From IMG/VR virus record IMGVR_UViG_3300020045_002418, positions 1-38,462 of that record: a stretch of 38,462 nt of DNA; one strand, written 5' to 3'. A program made the translations under genes and the position numbers. This stretch comes from a virus (lineage: Duplodnaviria; Caudoviricetes). The notes under the pieces were generated by a model. The model did not search any database. It saw nothing but the letters and a program-made list of their open reading frames with translations, and was not told where the DNA came from. This document shows, in pieces, positions 7,768-17,192 of the stretch. The stretch's first letter is position 1. Every line of letters begins with the position of its first letter.

Positions 7768-9178
7768 TACAACGGGCTTTGAGCGCCCACGACTGACAGA
7801 GATTAAGGCGGATTACGACCAACGGTTTACCGATGCTTTAGGGCCTGTTAATACGTCACCTGATGCCGTTATTGGTCAGATCATTGGAATCTTTTCGGCG
7901 GCTCTTGATGATGCGTATGAGACGTTGCAAGATAATTATGATTCGATGTACCCGTACAGCGCAGAAGGCACTAGCCTAGATGGCGCGGTTTCTTTTGTCG
8001 GCTTGGAGCGTTTAGGCTCTACTTCCACTACGGTGACGGCTTGCGTTTATGGTGCTGAGTCTACGCTGTTGCCAATGGGTGTAATGACACGCGCTGGGTC
8101 GGTGCAATACGCCACGACCGCCGATACAGTTATCAGTCGTGCGAATGCTTTAGATGTTGAAATTGAAGTCGGCACAGTCGTCAACTCAGTGGCTTATCAG
8201 ATCATCGCTGGCGGCGTTTTGGCTCAATATATTAGCGATGCTAGTGCCACGGCTGAAGAAATCATTGCAGGTCTTGCAGCGGCGTTTAATCCACTGAATT
8301 TCACGGCGACTGTTACCGGGTCAACTTTGCGGGTTTACAGCGCTGACAAGGTTTCTGACTTTCCTTTGACGCTTGACGCTAACTTGACAATCACAAAGCT
8401 AGGTTCACCGGCTGTATTCACGGCTATTGAGCTTGGTGCTAGTGCTTTGCCTGCGAGTGCTTTGACAGCTATTGATAGTCCTATCTTGGGCTGGGATTCT
8501 GTATCAAACTTGGTGGTCGGTACTACGGGCCGCGATGTTGAGTCTGACGCTGATTTACGCACTCGACATTCGACTAGCATTAGGGCCACGGGTAGCGCCA
8601 CGGTAAAAGCCATTCGCGCCCGGTTGTTGTCTGATGTGCCTGAGATTACAGCGGTGCAAATTTATGAAAATCGCACTTCTGTTGTGGTTGATTCCATGCC
8701 AGCGCATAGTTTCGAGACGGTTGTAAGTGGCGGCGCTACGCAGGACATTCTTGACAAGCTATGGGAACTTAAACCGGCGGGGATTGAGACTTACGGCACC
8801 ACGTCAGGCCAGATCATTGATGACAATGGCGACGATCAGACAATCAAGTTCTCACGTCCTGTTACTCAATACGCTTGGATTCGTGTATCGGTTGATGCAC
8901 TCTACACCGAAGAGCCTTTGATTAGCTCAGTTCAGGCGTCTATCATTGATGCGGTGCTGACCTATGGTGCAAGCCTAGGCGTTGGTACCGACATCATCCC
9001 GCAGCGATTCTTTGGGCCTATTTATGCGTCCACGACCGGCCTAGGTCAGATCACGGTTGAGGCGGCAATTACGGCGCTGCCGGGTGATACTCCAAGTTAT
9101 TCGACTAATAACATTTCAATCGGTCGAGCGGGTATCTCTGAGTTTGTCACTAACCGTGTGACAGTGGTTGGTGTATGA
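7757..9178 (+). CDS. Baseplate J-like wedge protein
   Basis: 473 aa, 'AEGTSLD', 'GRDVESDADLRTR', 'KPAGIETYG', 'IKFSRP'. Confidence 0.88.
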   Translation: MPLNTTGFERPRLTEIKADYDQRFTDALGPVNTSPDAVIGQIIGIFSAALDDAYETLQDNYDSMYPYSAEGTSLDGAVSFVGLERLGSTSTTVTACVYGAESTLLPMGVMTRAGSVQYATTADTVISRANALDVEIEVGTVVNSVAYQIIAGGVLAQYISDASATAEEIIAGLAAAFNPLNFTATVTGSTLRVYSADKVSDFPLTLDANLTITKLGSPAVFTAIELGASALPASALTAIDSPILGWDSVSNLVVGTTGRDVESDADLRTRHSTSIRATGSATVKAIRARLLSDVPEITAVQIYENRTSVVVDSMPAHSFETVVSGGATQDILDKLWELKPAGIETYGTTSGQIIDDNGDDQTIKFSRPVTQYAWIRVSVDALYTEEPLISSVQASIIDAVLTYGASLGVGTDIIPQRFFGPIYASTTGLGQITVEAAITALPGDTPSYSTNNISIGRAGISEFVTNRVTVVGV

Positions 9179-9897
9179 GTTACGTAGCTGACGCGCTTGC
9201 GCGTATCACTAGCCAATTCGAGCAATCACCAAAGGTTCTAGCATTGCTTGCGGCCATCATTGGCCCATTGGATTCGTTACAGGCCACTTCTGACAGCGTT
9301 AAAACTGAGCGATGGATTGATACCGCCATTGGTGCGCAGCTTGACGGTTGCGGGTATATTATTGGTGAGACGCGTCAAGGCCGTGATGATGATGCTTACC
9401 GTGAGGCCATTCGGTTTCGCGTGTTTGTAAATATCTCTGAAGGTACGCCAGCCGCCATGATGAAGGGTCTTGATTACCTGATTGATTCTGATGACAAACA
9501 GTACCTAGAGGTTTACCCTGCTACTGTTTTGTTATTTGGTGATGGGCCAAATGTACCAACTGGAATTCAGGCTCAGATTCAAGACTTAGCACCGGCTGCA
9601 ATTTCAGACGTGCCAGTGATGGTTAGCTACACTGAAAAACCATTTAGGTTTGGCACCGAAGCTACCATGTCTGACTTATTCGTCAACGATAATTACCTTG
9701 ATGTTAACGGCTCAGACTTGATTGTTAATATCCCAAATTTTTCATTATCATCGTCTACGCTTGGCGGGATTGTCCCTGCTGAAATTACAGCGGGTGAAAT
9801 GTTGATTGATGTTAATGGGTCAATTTTGGTTGTTAGTTCATCAATCGACAATCTGTTTTTAGATACTGGTTTCCATACTACGGGTGTATTTCAATGA
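9175..9897 (+). CDS. Baseplate wedge protein (DUF2612-like)
   Basis: 'IDTAIGAQLDGCGYIIG...DDDAYR' motif after baseplate J. Confidence 0.75.
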   Translation: MSYVADALARITSQFEQSPKVLALLAAIIGPLDSLQATSDSVKTERWIDTAIGAQLDGCGYIIGETRQGRDDDAYREAIRFRVFVNISEGTPAAMMKGLDYLIDSDDKQYLEVYPATVLLFGDGPNVPTGIQAQIQDLAPAAISDVPVMVSYTEKPFRFGTEATMSDLFVNDNYLDVNGSDLIVNIPNFSLSSSTLGGIVPAEITAGEMLIDVNGSILVVSSSIDNLFLDTGFHTTGVFQ

Positions 9898-10334
9898 CAA
9901 CATTTGCAGAAACATTCACATCATATTCTGACGGTCAGCAAAACTTAAACATGCCACCTGACGCTATTTTGTCAGTAGGCTTTATTCCTGCCACTGCCAC
10001 GTCACGCGGTCAGCCATTACCTGCCCAGTGGCTTAACTGGCTATTCAACAAGTTATTCAAAAGCATTAACCGCGATGCTGTTAGTGATGCGAGCGGTGTA
10101 GGCCTGTTTAAGACTGACGAAGCCATGATTCGAATTGAGGCTTTTGACGTTGCAGATTCAAATAAATACTTGATTGCCATTGGCTATAAAGCCATTGACA
10201 CCGCGCCACAATTCAAGGTTATTTCAAGCGCCACATTGACACTCGGAACGGGTACAATTGACGGCAATCAGCCAATTATCGGCGGTACTAATGTGAAGGT
10301 AGCCGGGTATTCCCGGCAATTTGGAGATATTTAA
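9894..10334 (+). CDS. Tail fibre/baseplate adaptor protein
   Basis: 'GFIP...RGQPLPAQWLNWLF' resembles tail fibre N-termini; position before the tailspike. Confidence 0.55.
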   Translation: MTTFAETFTSYSDGQQNLNMPPDAILSVGFIPATATSRGQPLPAQWLNWLFNKLFKSINRDAVSDASGVGLFKTDEAMIRIEAFDVADSNKYLIAIGYKAIDTAPQFKVISSATLTLGTGTIDGNQPIIGGTNVKVAGYSRQFGDI

Positions 10335-12131
10335 ATGGCACTGACTACAACCGAAGAAGCGCAAACACGCGCACTTATTGAGCAAAATGCTGCACTTCTT
10401 TCATTGGCTGCAAGTGAGCCGACTATTATCAGCAAATTAGCGGCAACAAAGGCTTCACTGTCTGATTTGCCACCGGCTACCGTTAAAAATAATACTGACC
10501 TGCTTTTGATTCGTCAAGGAACTGAAGATAAGAGTATTACAGCCGAATTGGCTGGTGGTGATGCTGCTTATGTGTCTTATACACCTGATGGAGTTGGTGC
10601 TGTTGAGACTACGGTGCAGGGGAAACTGCGGGAGAGTGTGAGTGTTAAAGATTTTGGTGCATTTGGTGATGGGGCTACAAACGACCGAGAAGCAATTCAA
10701 GCGGCACTTGATACTGGTAAGTCTGTTTATATTCCAAGCGGTTCGTATAAATACGACACTTCAATTTCATTTACATCAGATAACCAAAGAATTTACGGAA
10801 ATGGAAATGACTCAGTTCTTATTCAGGGCGCAGCTTCTGCATATTTAAACAGCAACGGCAAGTCGAATATTGAGCTTAGTACTTTAAAAGTTGATGGCAC
10901 TGTAGCAAACGGGTTTTTTACAATAAACGGAAGTAGCAGTGGGGTTTTTGTAAATAACGTATATTTTCTCAAAGGTGGTCAACGCGTATGGCTTTATGCT
11001 TGTGATTCTGTTGAGGTGAGTTCTTGCACATTCAACAATACCGGATACGGAATAATCCAACAGCATGGAAATTCATCCAGTAATGTAGTTGTTTCAAACT
11101 GCTTGGCATTTGACATGGTGGCTGACTTTGTAGAAGCAAATGGGGCGGAAATTGCTCTTTCATACCGATGGACAATTACCAATAACATATACAAAGGTTC
11201 ATATGGCTTCCCGACACCTGCCACAGAAAATCGTTTTGCTGGGATTACTTCTGTAGAAGGTGTAATTATTACCGGAAATCAGGTAACAAATTCCGCAGGA
11301 GACGCAGCTATTCATTTGGAAGATATTCTTGGAAATACTATTATTTCAAATAATGTATTCAAAGATTGCGTTCCATCTGGAGGCAACTCTGGTTATATCT
11401 ACGTGCTAAATTCAGCAGAAGATACGATTATTTCAAACAACATCTTTATGCACGGCTTGGATACGGTATCAGCGTGCGCTTATTCTCAAAACTCTGATTA
11501 TTATTCGGCAAATGTTCAATTTATTGGGAATCAAGTTCGTGGAACGGGTGCAGTACGAAATTTTTCAGGCGTTAGATTGGATTATTCAACGGCCCCAACT
11601 GTTGTGGCCAGCAATATATTTGAAAATGTTGTTAATGTGGTTGACTTCTCAGCCGCTAATGAAGTAAGCGTTTGTGGGAATATAGTTAAAACTTGCACAA
11701 ATGGTGTTTTTCTGAGACAAACATCGTCTTCATCTGGCGGATCTAATTGGCTTGTTTCTGGAAACATGTTTTCAGATGTTTCAAATATTGATATTTTCAC
11801 ATCTACAAATTCTAATGGAACTAACCCACCTAGTTATTGGAATATTTGTGGCAACACAATTGCAAATGGCATCACTGTCACTGACTTAGGCGCGGGCGGG
11901 ATTAATTCTACTATCAATACAAGAATTACTGGAAACTTTCTTTCGGATGCCGCAACTATTACCGGCGCTTATCCTGGAAGTACTAATGAAATTATTGCTG
12001 GTAATTTTCAAAGCAGATCAATACTTTATCAATTATCAAATTATGCGTCAGATGCAGCAGCAGCCACTGGAGGAATTGCGGTTCAAGGGTTGTATAGAAA
12101 TGGTTCATTAGTTCAGGTTAGGGTTGTTTGA
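10335..12131 (+). CDS. Tailspike / receptor-binding protein with right-handed beta-helix (pectate lyase-like depolymerase)
   Basis: 'GAVETTVQGKLRESVSVKDFGAFGDGATNDREAIQAALD' head, followed by Asn/Ser-rich 'IISNNxF / IxGN' beta-helix repeats. Confidence 0.85.
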   Translation: MALTTTEEAQTRALIEQNAALLSLAASEPTIISKLAATKASLSDLPPATVKNNTDLLLIRQGTEDKSITAELAGGDAAYVSYTPDGVGAVETTVQGKLRESVSVKDFGAFGDGATNDREAIQAALDTGKSVYIPSGSYKYDTSISFTSDNQRIYGNGNDSVLIQGAASAYLNSNGKSNIELSTLKVDGTVANGFFTINGSSSGVFVNNVYFLKGGQRVWLYACDSVEVSSCTFNNTGYGIIQQHGNSSSNVVVSNCLAFDMVADFVEANGAEIALSYRWTITNNIYKGSYGFPTPATENRFAGITSVEGVIITGNQVTNSAGDAAIHLEDILGNTIISNNVFKDCVPSGGNSGYIYVLNSAEDTIISNNIFMHGLDTVSACAYSQNSDYYSANVQFIGNQVRGTGAVRNFSGVRLDYSTAPTVVASNIFENVVNVVDFSAANEVSVCGNIVKTCTNGVFLRQTSSSSGGSNWLVSGNMFSDVSNIDIFTSTNSNGTNPPSYWNICGNTIANGITVTDLGAGGINSTINTRITGNFLSDAATITGAYPGSTNEIIAGNFQSRSILYQLSNYASDAAAATGGIAVQGLYRNGSLVQVRVV

Positions 12132-12185
12132 AAATGCAAATCCTAATCCAATCCCTCAAATCCAACATTATCACCAGAATAGATT

Positions 12186-12464
12186 ATGACCACTCTAACC
12201 CAGCTCATTCGCGCCAAGATTATCCGTTTCGCTTTGCCATTAGACAAACAAGCACACAGTCTAGGTGGAGCTGTCATCGTCCAGTCCATGATACTCGCCA
12301 GCCAGTCAATGACCCGTGCCTTGATCGTCTGCGCTTTACTGGCACTGGCGAAAGAGGTTTACGACGCCTATCACCCGGCGACACACACTAAAGACGCGTG
12401 GGACTTTTTGGCGACTTGTGCGGGTGGTGGCGTGGCGGCTTTGTTTGTGCTTGGGGTTAAATAG
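12186..12464 (+). CDS. Small membrane protein (DKxxH motif)
   Basis: 92 aa, 'DKQAH...KEVYD...DAWDFLAT' with hydrophobic helices, at the start of the lysis region. Confidence 0.6.
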   Translation: MTTLTQLIRAKIIRFALPLDKQAHSLGGAVIVQSMILASQSMTRALIVCALLALAKEVYDAYHPATHTKDAWDFLATCAGGGVAALFVLGVK

Positions 12465-12880
12465 TGGATGTAGTGCATGACCGAAGATCATCCGACTCTC
12501 CTGATGGACGCAGGGGGGCTGATCAACACCCACTGAACTTACTACTAACCCAAGTTAGCCATAGTGTTAATGAGGTAAGTACTGAAGTAAAGGCTTTAAA
12601 TGTGCGTCTGTCAAACCACATGCACGATGAAACGCTTGAGCTGGCCGAAGCTGTTACTTCCTTAATGGTTAAAGCCTTTGCCGGGGGTGATCCCGGCGTG
12701 CATAAAGCATGGCATGAAGCGCAGATACAAGAGGCATTAGCTAAAGCTGATGCAGAGAAAGCCAAGAAGGAATTCTGGTCAAAGCTATTATTTGAATTGG
12801 CTAAATTTGGTTTGCTTGGCTTCGTTGGATGGGTTGTTCTCACCCTTTGGAAGGGTTTTTTGATTGGACCAAAACCATGA
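12464..12880 (+). CDS. Membrane-anchored lysis-region protein (possible holin/antiholin)
   Basis: 138 aa, coiled-coil-like body with a single C-terminal TM segment 'LAKFGLLGFVGWVVLTLW'. Confidence 0.55.
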   Translation: MDVVHDRRSSDSPDGRRGADQHPLNLLLTQVSHSVNEVSTEVKALNVRLSNHMHDETLELAEAVTSLMVKAFAGGDPGVHKAWHEAQIQEALAKADAEKAKKEFWSKLLFELAKFGLLGFVGWVVLTLWKGFLIGPKP

Positions 12881-12931
12881 TGTGCTGGATTGTGATGTTG
12901 CACTGGATGCAAAACGAATGGGAAAACCTAT

Positions 12932-13339
12932 ATGATAAACAGTCGAAATCTTGATGATCTAGCGCCAGATACCAAAGAAAAAGCAAAGGCGTTAATCGCT
13001 GGTTGCTTGCTGGAAGGTATTGACTTGATTGTTACTAGCACTTACCGGGACTATGCTTCGCAAGGTGCCTTGTACGATCAAGGGCGCAAAACCATTGGCA
13101 AGATTGTGACGAATGCAAAGCCCGGTTATAGCTTCCACAATCACCGCGTGGCCTTTGACGTTGTTCCTGTTGTGAATGGTAAGGCTATCTGGGATGATGC
13201 CCGCTTATGGTCACGTATCGGTGCTGTAGGTGCCTTGGCTGGCCTTGAGTGGGGTGGCCTTTGGAAGTTCAAAGACAAGCCACACTTCCAAAATACGGGT
13301 GGCCATTCGATTGATGACTTTTTGCGGGAGCATGCTTGA
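12932..13339 (+). CDS. Endolysin, M15 family peptidase (L-Ala-D-Glu type)
   Basis: 'STYRD...Q..LY.QGR...IVTNAKPGYSFHN...AFD...LEWGG.W...DKPHFQ'. Confidence 0.92.
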   Translation: MINSRNLDDLAPDTKEKAKALIAGCLLEGIDLIVTSTYRDYASQGALYDQGRKTIGKIVTNAKPGYSFHNHRVAFDVVPVVNGKAIWDDARLWSRIGAVGALAGLEWGGLWKFKDKPHFQNTGGHSIDDFLREHA

Positions 13340-13728
13340 TGGCTGATATTACCGGACTTGGCGCGGTTTCTGAATTGGCAAATACCGTCATTGGTAAGAT
13401 TTGGCCAGACAAGTCAGAAGCTGAAAAGCAACAATTAGCAGCGGCTGTAACTTTGGTTCAAGGCCAACTAGAGGTTAATAAAATTGAAGCCTCTAGCCCG
13501 TCTGTTTTCGTATCTGGCTGGCGTCCTTTTATCGGCTGGGTATGCGGTACGGCGTGCGCTTGGAATTGGATTGGGATCTCGATTGTGTCAACTATTTGCA
13601 CCATTTTAGAAAATCCTGTTTTACTTCAAAAAGCCGATGTATCTGAAATGATGCCAGTGCTTTTAGGCTTGCTTGGCCTTGGTGCTTTGCGAACGTATGA
13701 AAAAGCCAAAGGCGTAGCAGCACAATAA
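13339..13728 (+). CDS. Holin (GTA-type 3TM family)
   Basis: 'NKIEA...FVSGWRPFIGWVC...LLGLLGLGALRTYEKAKGV'. Confidence 0.85.
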   Translation: MADITGLGAVSELANTVIGKIWPDKSEAEKQQLAAAVTLVQGQLEVNKIEASSPSVFVSGWRPFIGWVCGTACAWNWIGISIVSTICTILENPVLLQKADVSEMMPVLLGLLGLGALRTYEKAKGVAAQ

Positions 13729-13731
13729 AAC

Positions 13732-13755
13732 AAACCCGCGTAATGCGGGTTTTTT
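13732..13755. terminator. Bidirectional intrinsic terminator
   Basis: AAACCCGC-GTAAT-GCGGGTTTTTT between convergent late and early units. Confidence 0.85.
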
Positions 13756-13756
13756 G

Positions 13757-14059
13757 TTACTCCTTTACAAAACAACCATTAGGCATCAAAGTACCTTTAC
13801 GGTCTTTAATCTCTTGGTAGGCTGAATTCAAGCAAGTAACCAAGTCCAGTTCTTCCTTTTCAGCGACGATAATCAGCGTCACCAACACGTCACCAAGGCC
13901 ATCAATAACGCCTTCGCGGTCGCCTTTGATGAGTGCGTCAGCCAGTTCACCAAGCTCTGATACCGTCTTCAAAAGCTGGGTTTGGCTTGTTGCGTTTGGG
14001 ATAATCTTGCGATCTTTGGCCCAATTAATAACTTGGGTTTCTAGTGTTTCAAATTTCAT
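13757..14059 (-). CDS. MazG-like NTP pyrophosphohydrolase
   Basis: 'QLLKTVSELGELADA...DGLGDVLVTL...AYQEIKDRKG...FVKE'. Confidence 0.85.
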   Translation of the reverse strand: MKFETLETQVINWAKDRKIIPNATSQTQLLKTVSELGELADALIKGDREGVIDGLGDVLVTLIIVAEKEELDLVTCLNSAYQEIKDRKGTLMPNGCFVKE

Positions 14060-14232
14060 TTTGTTTCCTTAAATAAGTCTGGTTGATCGTTCGCAATGGC
14101 TTGCGAGTTATGAGGCTTGTAAGCCTTGTTTTTTAGTTCATCGTAGCATGTTGGCCCTATGGCCTTGCCATCTAAATAAAAGTGCTTTCCGCCTGATTTA
14201 AGAGGCTTTCCGCACTTAAAACACCTAAGCAT
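14056..14232 (-). CDS. Small zinc-finger protein (58 aa, not in ORF track)
   Basis: MLRCFKCGKPLKSGG...IGPTCYD...DQPDLFKETK*. CxxC plus GPxC; its stop overlaps the MazG ATG. Confidence 0.7.
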   Translation of the reverse strand: MLRCFKCGKPLKSGGKHFYLDGKAIGPTCYDELKNKAYKPHNSQAIANDQPDLFKETK

Positions 14233-14698
14233 CCATCATTACAAACTCTGAGCGTTTGTTTTTTTGTTTGTTGATTGCCATCTTCAAATATTTGTCATAG
14301 TCGCTTCTCTGGATGCTTTTTCGCTGCGCGTCATGCCAGTCCCAAAGCTCGCGCAAAATGATAATCTCGCTTTCCCGTGCGTCAAACTTTCCCCACTTTT
14401 CAACCCGTTTAATCAGGTTTGCAATAGCTGTTTTAGCCTGAGTGCATACCGGCATGACTTCAAACTTACCGATACCATTTTCAGCCATAACTACGGCCAT
14501 CGAATGCAGCGCGAGAATGTCATACAAGTCCTGATCTGTTGCCGTGTGATCTTGCATTGACTGTATGGCTGACAGTTCACGGATGCGAATGTCTTGCAAT
14601 ATCTGGTCATCAATAACGCACGCACCATTAATGGCATGAGCTACGGCGCTGAATCCCGGCGATGTATTCCAGTGCTTGCGCTTGCATGATTTACGCAT
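14225..14698 (-). CDS. Hypothetical phage protein
   Basis: 157 aa ORF packed in the leftward operon, basic N-terminus 'MRKSCKRKHW'. Confidence 0.7.
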   Translation of the reverse strand: MRKSCKRKHWNTSPGFSAVAHAINGACVIDDQILQDIRIRELSAIQSMQDHTATDQDLYDILALHSMAVVMAENGIGKFEVMPVCTQAKTAIANLIKRVEKWGKFDARESEIIILRELWDWHDAQRKSIQRSDYDKYLKMAINKQKNKRSEFVMMDA

Positions 14699-14699
14699 A

Positions 14700-14909
14700 T
14701 CAAGCCTTAAAGTAATCGTAATGTGTCCGCGCCTTGCTAGTCATACTAACCATTGGCCGGTGAGCAATTCGCACGCCATTGACTATGCTTGGTTTATCGT
14801 AAGCGTCCATCGAGTTAGGCCGTCCGTCCCAACGCTTTAGCTCATTGCCATCATACAAGCCGTCAAACTTATTTAGCGTTTGTGGTGGTGTTTTCTTTTT
14901 GGTTGCCAT
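14700..14909 (-). CDS. Hypothetical protein
   Basis: Start probably ATG 14909 after RBS aagga; 'YDGNELK...RPNSMDAYDKPS'. Confidence 0.65.
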   Translation of the reverse strand: MATKKKTPPQTLNKFDGLYDGNELKRWDGRPNSMDAYDKPSIVNGVRIAHRPMVSMTSKARTHYDYFKA

Positions 14910-15042
14910 TTTTAGGTTCCTTTGTGTTGTTGATAAAGTCTTTTGCAATTGCTGGCCAGCCTAAGCGGTATGCCTTGTCATACTGGTCCTGAGTCACACG
15001 AACTCGAAGTGTAGGGTATTTTTGGCTTGCGTCTTTGCTCAC
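14869..15042 (-). CDS. Small ribbon-helix-helix-like protein (57 aa, not in ORF track)
   Basis: GTG start overlaps the upstream stop. MSKDASQKYPTLRVRVTQDQYDKAYRLGW... has an alternating beta-strand then a helix. Confidence 0.5.
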   Translation of the reverse strand: MSKDASQKYPTLRVRVTQDQYDKAYRLGWPAIAKDFINNTKEPKNGNQKENTTTNAK

Positions 15043-15215
15043 AGAAAATACTCCATTGCAGCGTAAGCCAAGCTGATACCGATTGAAACGGCCAGCATTA
15101 CGTCAGCTAGTTTTTCGTATTGAAGACGCTTGTACGAGGTGATTGACGATGCGTAGTTCACTGTTTTAGGAAAGGCTTCGTCAAGCGTGCGTGAGAATTT
15201 ACGGGTTGTTTCCAT
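15039..15215 (-). CDS. Small membrane protein
   Basis: Start ATG 15215 (METTRKFSRTLDEAFP...), C-terminal TM helix, own promoter at 15246-15256. Confidence 0.65.
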   Translation of the reverse strand: METTRKFSRTLDEAFPKTVNYASSITSYKRLQYEKLADVMLAVSIGISLAYAAMEYFL

Positions 15216-15256
15216 TTTTATACCTTTGTTTGTTGTTGATAATTCATTGTAGCACA

Positions 15257-15442
15257 TCACGCAGTCTTACGCGCCTTATAAGACTCAATCTGATTAACAG
15301 CGCGATAAACAGTGGTGTACCCAACTCCTAGAGCTTCTGCTATGGCGTGATAGGTTCGCCCTTGCTCACGTAGTTTAATCAGCGTAGGCATGATGCTTTG
15401 GTCGAAAATCCTACGGGCGTTAGTGTCGTTTCGTTTGGCCAT
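15257..15442 (-). CDS. Helix-turn-helix DNA-binding protein
   Basis: 'LREQGRTYHAIAEALGVGYTTVYRAV'; start probably ATG 15442. Confidence 0.75.
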   Translation of the reverse strand: MAKRNDTNARRIFDQSIMPTLIKLREQGRTYHAIAEALGVGYTTVYRAVNQIESYKARKTA

Positions 15443-15444
15443 GA

Positions 15445-15645
15445 TTAAAACGGGATTAAAAAGTGGTATTGATCGCACTCATTTGGAGTGTATAAATAAT
15501 CGTCAGGCACAGAGCCATTGAAAACGCAGACATTACCATTGATCTTGTCTAAGTTGTCGCAGTCAAAACAACGTGTTTTATGTAAAAAATCAGAAGCTTC
15601 AACGCGAACGCGCAAGGCTTCTAAGTATTGTTCTTTGTCATTCAT
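15445..15645 (-). CDS. Small Cys-rich hypothetical protein
   Basis: CxxC...C...C pattern, ends in IPF. Confidence 0.6.
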   Translation of the reverse strand: MNDKEQYLEALRVRVEASDFLHKTRCFDCDNLDKINGNVCVFNGSVPDDYLYTPNECDQYHFLIPF

Positions 15646-15882
15646 TTAAATATCCTCTGTCTGTTCAAGTGCCATCATCTCGATAAAGTCAACCACTTCA
15701 GGAGATAGCATTTCAGAAATATCGACCCCGTTCAGCTTGGCCGTCTCAAGAACGCAGTATTCTGGTTCGTCTGGCTCCAACTGTAAGCCAGTGCCGCGCT
15801 CACGACTTCCGCGCTCGGCTTCGTTGTATTCAAGCTCGCACTCAAGCTCTCCACCGTCGAAAATGTATGTGTAGGTAATCAA
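15646..15882 (-). CDS. Acidic hypothetical protein
   Basis: 78 aa, 'ELEYNEAERGSRERGTGLQLEPDEPE', tightly packed in the operon. Confidence 0.65.
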   Translation of the reverse strand: MITYTYIFDGGELECELEYNEAERGSRERGTGLQLEPDEPEYCVLETAKLNGVDISEMLSPEVVDFIEMMALEQTEDI

Positions 15883-16088
15883 AGCATCATCTCCAGTTGG
15901 TTTGCTGCGTTTGTCAATGCTGTAGCCATATCTCTGGCCTGTTGTGGCGTCATTGAGTGCTGAAAGTGCATTGAGCCTGCTTTTTGACTAACTCCAACGA
16001 TCTTACCGATTGACGGGTCAGGATGAATGTGAGTTGTAATTGTCACAAAGTCTGCATTTGTGAAGTTTGGGATTTCTACGTATTCCAT
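15879..16088 (-). CDS. Hypothetical protein
   Basis: 69 aa ORF overlapping its neighbour by 4 nt. Confidence 0.6.
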   Translation of the reverse strand: MEYVEIPNFTNADFVTITTHIHPDPSIGKIVGVSQKAGSMHFQHSMTPQQARDMATALTNAANQLEMML

Positions 16089-16090
16089 TT

Positions 16091-16492
16091 TTAGTCTTTC
16101 GTGTTGTTGATAAGTTCGTCTGGTACATCTACTTCATCACCTAGTTTTGATGCAACGTAACAGCGCATGGCTGCAATTAGTGGGGTTGGGCCAGTTCCAG
16201 TAAAGTGATTTCCTTCATCACTTCGGTAAATTTCGCCGATGTCCCCAGTGCCTGCGCACCAGTGAAAATGCGCCAAAACAGTGCTAATCTTCTCACGCTC
16301 AATAATCGGCCCGCCTTGTGCCCAGTCTGTAGATGGGCTATAGCCTTTTGCTGAATACGGGTGAAATTTAATGCTTTCTCTATAAGCTAGATAACCTCCA
16401 AGGCATATGCCAACTTTATCACCATTGCACTTCGCCACCGCCCAATCAAGCGCAGAACCCGTAAGTTCACTTGTTTTGATTTTAATTTTCAC
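16091..16492 (-). CDS. NinX / DUF2591 family protein
   Basis: 'ELTGSALDWAVAK...YSPSTDWAQGGPIIERE...GPTPLIAAMRCYVASKLGDEVDVP'. Confidence 0.85.
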   Translation of the reverse strand: MKIKIKTSELTGSALDWAVAKCNGDKVGICLGGYLAYRESIKFHPYSAKGYSPSTDWAQGGPIIEREKISTVLAHFHWCAGTGDIGEIYRSDEGNHFTGTGPTPLIAAMRCYVASKLGDEVDVPDELINNTKD

Positions 16493-16560
16493 TTCGTTTT
16501 CCTTTCCTGTTGTTGATGCTGTTAGTGTAGCACATATCTAAAGATATGAGCTACATTTGT

Positions 16561-17028
16561 TTAAAAATTTTCATTCCTTAACCAGTCAGCCATAAGCAAA
16601 GCCTCTGCCCGTCCGTGGTGCTTAACTAGCTTTAACGGGGCTGTAGGCCACTTTGAACGGGCTAGTTCTAGGCTGGCTTTCTTATCTGTACCGATTAGCC
16701 CGTGGTGCTTTTTCCACTTTTGAGGCGTAACCCACTCGTAAGGATATAGCAACAGGTCAACTACGGTTTCAATGCAGCCTGTAGCCCTCATGAATTTTCC
16801 AGTGCTTGAAATTCCCTGTCCTGGACGCACGAAAACGCTTTCGATAACGAATTCTGCATCGTTTCCGTGGTTTCTAATGATTTCTTGTAGGGCTATTTTT
16901 AGCAGTCGTGGAAATACGCGCTCGCCATTGCTTTCGATGTCAAAACAGTGGATGTATTTGCCATTGTGGTCAATCGCTCCGATTGCTCCGGTGTTTAGTC
17001 CGGGGTCAACCCCTATATATATAGTCAC
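16561..17028 (-). CDS. RuvC-like Holliday junction resolvase
   Basis: 'YIGVDPG...GAIG', 'IESV', 'VTPQKWKK', 'GRAEALLMA'. Confidence 0.85.
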   Translation of the reverse strand: MTIYIGVDPGLNTGAIGAIDHNGKYIHCFDIESNGERVFPRLLKIALQEIIRNHGNDAEFVIESVFVRPGQGISSTGKFMRATGCIETVVDLLLYPYEWVTPQKWKKHHGLIGTDKKASLELARSKWPTAPLKLVKHHGRAEALLMADWLRNENF

Positions 17029-17192
17029 TCTTCACCCCGCATAACAGCTTCAATTCGGGATAGTTTGATCTTGCAATCGACTAGCTCGTAAAGTGCATGG
17101 CCATAGGCGTCAAACGCTTTTGCTGATTTTTCTTGTTCAGCCTCTAACTGCGCCTTAAGCGTGTCAAGTTGCAGTTTTTCTTTTTTTGTCAT
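17025..17192 (-). CDS. Small coiled-coil hypothetical protein (55 aa, not in ORF track)
   Basis: MTKKEKLQLDTLKAQLEAEQEK...; fills the gap and overlaps both neighbours. Confidence 0.6.
   Translation of the reverse strand: MTKKEKLQLDTLKAQLEAEQEKSAKAFDAYGHALYELVDCKIKLSRIEAVMRGEE

Noticed and set aside
10335-12131. Diversity-generating retroelement or invertible tail fibre system
   Set aside because: No reverse transcriptase, invertase or template/variable repeat pair seen.
12128-12391. 87-aa ORF overlapping the membrane protein gene
   Set aside because: Alternative frame of 12186-12464, which has the recognisable DKxxH membrane pattern.
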